A DNA stretch of 64,000 nt, taken from contig CBDCXR010000004.1 of the NCBI GenBank assembly GCA_965223845.1, positions 6,272,001 to 6,336,000 on the forward strand, read 5' to 3'. Of the stretch, positions 58,760 to 64,000 are shown in pieces. The notes beneath the pieces were generated by a model, which was given only the letters and a program-made list of their open reading frames with translations, made no database searches and was not told the origin of the DNA. Within the stretch, counting starts at the first letter, position 1, and every line of letters begins with the position of its first letter. Source of the DNA: Planctomycetota bacterium. Lineage in GTDB: Bacteria; Planctomycetota; UBA8108; SXIK01. The position numbers and the translations under genes were made by a program.

Positions 58760-59790
58760 TTTGTCGTCGGATTACACTTAGCGCAGACCTGCCCCTTCGC
58801 GATCGCCTTCGCGCAGCACGGATGCGCGCAGTCGTTTCCGCCAGCGCGCGCCTTCGCGCAGCAGCTTCCGTCGCTGAACTTGAGCGCCGTCTTGATCCGT
58901 CCCCACTCGACGTCCTTCGGGTCGGCCATCGATACCTTGTCCTCGCCGGGGAAGTTCGCCGGTGCGATTGTCGTCACCTTGCCGGTTGCGGCCCACTCCG
59001 TGCCGCGGACGAGCACGGTTTGAAAGCCGACGCAGCGGATCGAATCAGTCGGGTCCACGTGCCCCATCGGCGTGTGGAAAACGCGACCCTTCTCGTAGCG
59101 GATCGTCATCATCATGGGCTCGTGGCGCTTGCTCTTCTCGCTGTACGCCGTCGCGAGCAGGGTGAGGTTCTTCACCGGACCGCGGAGCGAGTCGTAGAGC
59201 TCGTCGCGCGCGTGCATCCACTTGAGCGGGAGCCCCTTCGTGATCGGATGCTCCGCGTTCCGCGTGACGATTTGAAACGCGTGCTGCCGCCCGTGGCTGC
59301 CGCCGCGGCCTTTCGAGTGGTCGAGGCTCACCTTGCCGTCCTCGAATCGAAGGTAAGGGCCCGACTTCTCGTTTCGGCCGCCCCAGCCGCCAATGCCGAT
59401 CATCTCGTTGTACTCGCGCCACTTCCCGAAGGAGTTGTTCGCCGCGTGGATGACGACGAAGCCGCCGCCCTTCGCGACAAACTCGGTGAAGCTCTTCTGT
59501 ACTTCCTCGGGCCAGAGGTGACCGTTGTAGTTGCTCACGACGACGTCGTACTTCGAGAAATCCGGCCGCCACTTCGCCCACTCCTCTTCGTTCTTTCCCT
59601 TTGGTGTCGTCGAAACCTCGACCGTGAAGAGTCCCGCGCGCTCGAGTGTGGCCTTGTTGATCGGGGTCATCGCCGCCCAGTTGTGGTTGTTCTGGCCGTC
59701 GACGATGAGGACCTTGATGTTCTCGGCGTGAACGGACGGCGCGAGGGCGAGGAGCACGAGAGCGGCGAGGAGGCGAAGCGGAGAGTTCAT
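58756..59790 (-). CDS. ThuA-like (class I glutamine amidotransferase fold) exported protein with Cys-rich tail
   Basis: Signal peptide, KVLIVDGQNNHNW, GGGFVVIHAANN, HPIT.GLP..W.H..DELY, GRVFHTPMGH; tail CC..C.H.CC..C..C. Confidence 0.88.
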   Translation of the reverse strand: MNSPLRLLAALVLLALAPSVHAENIKVLIVDGQNNHNWAAMTPINKATLERAGLFTVEVSTTPKGKNEEEWAKWRPDFSKYDVVVSNYNGHLWPEEVQKSFTEFVAKGGGFVVIHAANNSFGKWREYNEMIGIGGWGGRNEKSGPYLRFEDGKVSLDHSKGRGGSHGRQHAFQIVTRNAEHPITKGLPLKWMHARDELYDSLRGPVKNLTLLATAYSEKSKRHEPMMMTIRYEKGRVFHTPMGHVDPTDSIRCVGFQTVLVRGTEWAATGKVTTIAPANFPGEDKVSMADPKDVEWGRIKTALKFSDGSCCAKARAGGNDCAHPCCAKAIAKGQVCAKCNPTTK

Positions 59791-59923
59791 CGGAATTCCT
59801 TCCTGGTTTGAGTATCGGCCGGACGGCGGGGAATCGGAGCGGGAACAAGTATACCCGCACTCGTAGAAAGTTCCGCGCCGCGTGGCTCGAGAGTAATCAC
59901 CCCATCGGCGGCTTTCACAGTCC

Positions 59924-61552
59924 TCACTCCGCGTGCGGGTGAAAGAAGCGCCAACGCTCCGGCGGCCACACGATCGCACGCACGGGGCCGCGCACGAAAT
60001 CGACCGGGACCGCTCCGGGTTGGCACTTGCCGGTGAGAGTCGCATGGAGGGGAAGTGGGTACCGCGAATCCGCGCTCCACGCGGAGTTGTCACCGAGGAC
60101 GAAGCACTCGTTACCGGCGAGCTTCATCGACGCCACCGTTCCTGGCGAGTTCAGATAGTGGAGATCTCGGCTCACGACGATTCGCGATAGATCGATGTCG
60201 CAGTTGGCGGCGCGCAGCGTGAGCTTCCCCCGTGACGGCGGGCTCGACCAGCGGGTCCGCGCCGCGTCGAGTTTTTCCGGGTAGACCGGGAACACGTCTT
60301 CGACGGATTCGCCCAGGACGATAAACCCCATGCCGTCGCGCACGTACACCGAGAGCGAAGGCGAGGTCGACCCGGAAGCCCGCACGGGCGCGACGTTACC
60401 GTCGATCTCGCGTTCGATACGTCCGTTCGTCGAGAGACTCACGCGCAGCATGGAACCGCCGTAGCTCCAGTTGACGTCGAGACGACCGCCGCCTTCGAAC
60501 CGGTCGATCGAGACGTCGATGCGAAAATCGCCGTCCGGCTCGAAATCTGCTCGCGACCCAGGCGAGGCGGGAGAAAAGTCGATGCGACTGTCGAGCGGTC
60601 GCTTGAAAACGAGATCGAATGCCGTGTCCTTTCTCTCGAGTCCGCGAAAGCTCCAGCCGAATGCTTCGCGTTTCCAAGCCGACGGGCGAGGCGACGGGGT
60701 CCAAGCGGGCGCGGTGTTCGTGTCGCTAGGTTCCGCCTCGTTCGCGTCCGCGTCTCGAGTGTCGTGGACCTCGATCCACATCTCCTCGGCGACGCCGGGC
60801 GCCTTCACGAGTCGCTCGCCGTTCACGAAGACGTCACCGTGCTCGATCACGACGGTCTCCCCGGGCAGGCCGACGAGCCGCTGGAGGTAGATTTCCAGAT
60901 TGCCGGGATCGGTAAACGCGATCATGTCCCAGCGCGCCGGCGTGTTGATCTTGTCGACGACGATCTTGTCGCCTTCACCGTAGAAGAGGGATTCGTCTCC
61001 GAATTCGGCGCGACAATTTGGGCAGTTCAACGAGGTGAGGAAGAGGCGATCGGAAAGCGTCGGCAGACCGAATCGGTGGAGAGTATCGCATTCGGCGCAG
61101 ATCCCTTCCCATCGTTCGCCCAAGATCGTCGGTGCCATGTTTCCCGTAGGGATGTGGAATGCCTCTAGACAGTGTCGTCGAAACAACCACACCGCCGGGT
61201 TCCACGCGACGTATTGCGGCAATAGCCAAAGCAGGAGTGCGACAACGGCGCGTCCCGCGTTCGCGCGGAAGATCCAGCAAATGCTGAGAAACGTGCCCAC
61301 CAAGAACAGCGCGATGTAGATCACATGGGCCGCGTACGGATAGGCGAAGTCGAGTGCGAAATCGACGAGGAAAGCGAGGACGCCACAGAGCAGCGAGACG
61401 ATCGTGATGAACGCCGTCGCACCGAACGCTCGTTTCCAGGTCGTTCCGGAGATTCTCGCGATTCGACAACTGGCGTAAAGAACAGCAGCGCTGAAGAGGA
61501 GCAGCGCGAGCATTCCGAACGCGACGAGAAAGAAGAACTGGCTAAGAGTCAC
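59924..61552 (-). CDS. Signal peptidase I (S26) homologue lacking catalytic Ser and Lys
   Basis: EAFHIPTGNMAPTI, CAEC/CPNC Zn ribbon, GDKIVVDK, RWDMIAF, YLQRLVGLPGE, LGDNS..S.DSR; four N-terminal TMs. Confidence 0.85.
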   Translation of the reverse strand: MTLSQFFFLVAFGMLALLLFSAAVLYASCRIARISGTTWKRAFGATAFITIVSLLCGVLAFLVDFALDFAYPYAAHVIYIALFLVGTFLSICWIFRANAGRAVVALLLWLLPQYVAWNPAVWLFRRHCLEAFHIPTGNMAPTILGERWEGICAECDTLHRFGLPTLSDRLFLTSLNCPNCRAEFGDESLFYGEGDKIVVDKINTPARWDMIAFTDPGNLEIYLQRLVGLPGETVVIEHGDVFVNGERLVKAPGVAEEMWIEVHDTRDADANEAEPSDTNTAPAWTPSPRPSAWKREAFGWSFRGLERKDTAFDLVFKRPLDSRIDFSPASPGSRADFEPDGDFRIDVSIDRFEGGGRLDVNWSYGGSMLRVSLSTNGRIEREIDGNVAPVRASGSTSPSLSVYVRDGMGFIVLGESVEDVFPVYPEKLDAARTRWSSPPSRGKLTLRAANCDIDLSRIVVSRDLHYLNSPGTVASMKLAGNECFVLGDNSAWSADSRYPLPLHATLTGKCQPGAVPVDFVRGPVRAIVWPPERWRFFHPHAE

Positions 61553-61566
61553 TTCGCTCCCCCCCC

Positions 61567-62895
61567 TTACGGTCCCACGGCCTCCTCCGGAACTGGAAGC
61601 CCGAGCTGCCGTGAGATCTCCGCGATGCGCCTTCGCGCGAATGGATCGGCAGGATTCAGCTTGAGCGCGTCGCCGAGCGGAATCAGCGCGTCGTCGAGAT
61701 GTCCGGCGAGCCCGAGCGTGTGCCCGAGAAGCGAATGCGCTTGCGGATTCTCCGGCTCCGAGCGCACGGCCGCGCGGAGGGGCGCGATCGCGTCCTCGAG
61801 TTTCCCGAGCTTCCCGAGGCAGTACCCGAGGTTGAACTGCGCGCGCGCGAAATCGGGTTTCTTTTCGGTCGCGCTCTGAAACCATTTCGCCGCTTCGGCG
61901 AAGTCCTGCCGGAACGTGTAGACGACGCCGATTCGAAACTCGGCTTCGACGGAGGTCGGCTCGAGCCGGAGCGCTTCGCGGAGCGCCTTCTCCGCGTCGT
62001 CGAGCTTGCGAAGCTTGAGGTGGGCGCGCCCGAGGAGGATCCACGCCCAGGGCGAGTCGGGATAGTCGCGCACGACTTCCTTGAGGAGCTCGCGGGCTTC
62101 GGCGAACTTCCCGCGCCCGAGGAGAACGTCCGCTTCGACGAGAAGTGCCTTCTTTCCGCGCCGCAGTTTCTTTAGCTCGTCGAGATGGGGATCGGGCCAA
62201 GTCGTTTCCGGGAGGGCGATCGCTTCCCGGCGGTGGCGCTCTGCCTCATCGAGATTTCGCTTTCGCGAGTAGATCTGCGCGAGGAGGAGCTTCGCGGCTT
62301 TCCGTGCGCGTGGGTGGTTCTCGATCTTCGCGAGTCGCTCGAGGCTCGCATCGAGATCTCCGCGGCGCACGGCGATGCGGGCGAGACCGAGGAGCGCGCG
62401 CGCGTTGTCGCGATCGCGTTCGAGGACGAGCGTGAACTCTTTCTCGGCTTCGTCGACGCGGTCGAGCTCGAAAAGGATTTCGCCGAGGCGAAGTCTCGCG
62501 GCGAGGGCGTTCGCGCCTTGCTCGCTCTTCTCTGCGGATCGTCGAAAGGGAAAGATCGCGTCCTCGGGCTTCTCCGCCGCGTCGATCGAGCCGAGGAAAT
62601 AGGGCCAACTCGGGTTCGCGTCGTCGTAAAACTCCGCTTCCCAGAAGCACGGACGGGCGAGCTCAGAGAACTCGTGGGCGTAGAGAACTGCGCCGAGCCG
62701 TCCCCACGCGGCGCCGGAATTCGGCTCCGCGAGGACTGCGGCACGAGCACTCTCGATCGCCTGAAACACCCGGGGATCGGAGTCTTCTCGCGCGATCGCC
62801 GGCGGTTCGAGCGGAGGGCGCATCTTCGGCAACACGAGAAGAGCGACGCCCCCGCCGAGGAGGACGACCACGAGGAGAACGGCGAGCGCTCTCAC
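61567..62895 (-). CDS. Membrane-anchored TPR protein
   Basis: N-terminal TM; P.S..AWGRLG..L.AH; many TPR repeats. Confidence 0.88.
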   Translation of the reverse strand: MRALAVLLVVVLLGGGVALLVLPKMRPPLEPPAIAREDSDPRVFQAIESARAAVLAEPNSGAAWGRLGAVLYAHEFSELARPCFWEAEFYDDANPSWPYFLGSIDAAEKPEDAIFPFRRSAEKSEQGANALAARLRLGEILFELDRVDEAEKEFTLVLERDRDNARALLGLARIAVRRGDLDASLERLAKIENHPRARKAAKLLLAQIYSRKRNLDEAERHRREAIALPETTWPDPHLDELKKLRRGKKALLVEADVLLGRGKFAEARELLKEVVRDYPDSPWAWILLGRAHLKLRKLDDAEKALREALRLEPTSVEAEFRIGVVYTFRQDFAEAAKWFQSATEKKPDFARAQFNLGYCLGKLGKLEDAIAPLRAAVRSEPENPQAHSLLGHTLGLAGHLDDALIPLGDALKLNPADPFARRRIAEISRQLGLPVPEEAVGP

Positions 62896-64000
62896 TCTGT
62901 GGCTCCTCCGGTCTCGGCCTTGCCTTCACCCTTCTTCAGAGTGACGAGGCGATCGACGGCGCCGCCGGGAAAGACCTCGGCGGAGCCATCGGGCCAAACG
63001 ACATGGATCGAATCGACGCTCGTCTCGTCGCCGAGGCCGAAGTGAACGCGAGGATCGTTGCTCGCGAGATAGCTGTACGCCGGCTGCGTCGACCGCCACT
63101 GCGTGCGTTCGCCGGTGCGTACGGTGATTTCGGCACCGTAGGCGTCGCGGCGGAGGGCCGGATCGATCGCGCGAACCATCAGCCAATGTCCGCGCTTCGG
63201 CGCGACGTTCTTGAGGACGCGTACCTTCCCGGCGATGTGCGTGACGACGAGGTCGAGCGCTCCGTCGCCATCGATGTCGCCGACCGCGGCCGCGCGCGAA
63301 ACGCGCGCGATTCCCGAAAGAGCTGGATTCGCGTTCGACGCGTCGCGGAACTTCCCCTTGCCGTCGTTCACGAAGAGCTGGTCGCGCTCGGCGTAGGCGC
63401 GCCAGTATTTCGCGATATCGGGATCGATGGAGCCGCGGCCCTCGCCGCCTCGGGTCACTCGCCCGTTCACCGCGACGATGTCGAGCGCGCCATCGGCATT
63501 GAAGTCAGCCATCACCGTCCCGAATCCCGTCCCGCGCCAGAGCGGACGAGAGAGTCCGGTCGCACTTGTCGAGTCTTCGAAGAGGCCCCGGTCGATCTGG
63601 CGCCAAAGAGTCGGAGTTTCCTCGGTGAGATGGGTGACGTAGATGTCGAACGCGCCGTCCGAATCGACGTCACCGATCGCGATTCCCATGTTGGCTTCGG
63701 TCTTCCCGACGCAGTTGTACGCGATGCCGCGGCGGAGAGCCTCCTCGGCGAACGTTCCGTCACGTTGATTGACCCAGAGGTGGTTCGGCGCGCCGTCGTT
63801 TGCAACGAGAATGTCGGGCCAGCGATCGCCGTCGAAGTCGAGACAGGCGACACCCAGGGCCGGCCCCGGAGCCGACACGAGTCCCGTCTCGACGCTCACG
63901 TCTTCGAAACGCGGTCCGCCCGACGCGGCGCCGAGATTGCGGAAGAGCTTCGTCGTCGTCCCGGGGAACGCGTCCGGCCCGCAGTAGTCGCGCCGGCCGT
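62892..64000 (-). CDS. CRTAC1/ASPIC-UnbV FG-GAP repeat protein (5' end outside window)
   Basis: DFDGD.WPDI.VAND, GDVDSDG..DIYVTH, DIDGDG.LDL, SYLASNDPRVHFGLG...V.WPDG. Confidence 0.92.
   Translation of the reverse strand, partial: GRRDYCGPDAFPGTTTKLFRNLGAASGGPRFEDVSVETGLVSAPGPALGVACLDFDGDRWPDILVANDGAPNHLWVNQRDGTFAEEALRRGIAYNCVGKTEANMGIAIGDVDSDGAFDIYVTHLTEETPTLWRQIDRGLFEDSTSATGLSRPLWRGTGFGTVMADFNADGALDIVAVNGRVTRGGEGRGSIDPDIAKYWRAYAERDQLFVNDGKGKFRDASNANPALSGIARVSRAAAVGDIDGDGALDLVVTHIAGKVRVLKNVAPKRGHWLMVRAIDPALRRDAYGAEITVRTGERTQWRSTQPAYSYLASNDPRVHFGLGDETSVDSIHVVWPDGSAEVFPGGAVDRLVTLKKGEGKAETGGATE

Noticed and set aside
61553-62200. N-terminal extension of ORF 59924..62200
   Set aside because: Out-of-frame overlap with the TPR gene; the plausible start is GTG at 61552.

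Overview
GC-rich bacterial chromosomal window, most consistent with a Planctomycetota genome (inference from Tat-signal Gfo/Idh/MocA oxidoreductases, ASPIC/UnbV-TPR pair, dockerin-like C-terminus, Zn-ribbon LepB-like protein, many prepilin-like genes). Contents in order: a selenocysteine glutathione peroxidase that the ORF track splits at an in-frame UGA, a JAMM peptidase, a minor-pilin cluster, a CusCBA-type metal efflux operon, an orphan DNA methyltransferase, and an accessory island (about 16.4-27.6 kb). The island holds a signal-peptide Rhs protein whose C-terminal tip resembles a beta-pore-forming toxin, a beta-propeller gene, and two stacked copies (one truncated, one intact) of a Y1/HUH (RAYT-like) transposase element. 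Both copies carry a conserved ~220-nt non-coding tail and an identically spaced 9-14-9 inverted-repeat junction. After the island come housekeeping, signalling, EPS and transport genes, a pentaheme-cytochrome/beta-helix/dockerin fusion next to an FGE-like gene and arsM, a decayed toxin-antitoxin pair, and a full-length signal peptidase I homologue with both catalytic residues replaced. The strongest candidates for something undescribed are the Y1 element with its tail and junction array beside the Rhs locus, the Rhs tip, and the dead signal peptidase. All family assignments are from motif recognition by eye; no database searches were run. No rRNA, tRNA or CRISPR array was seen.
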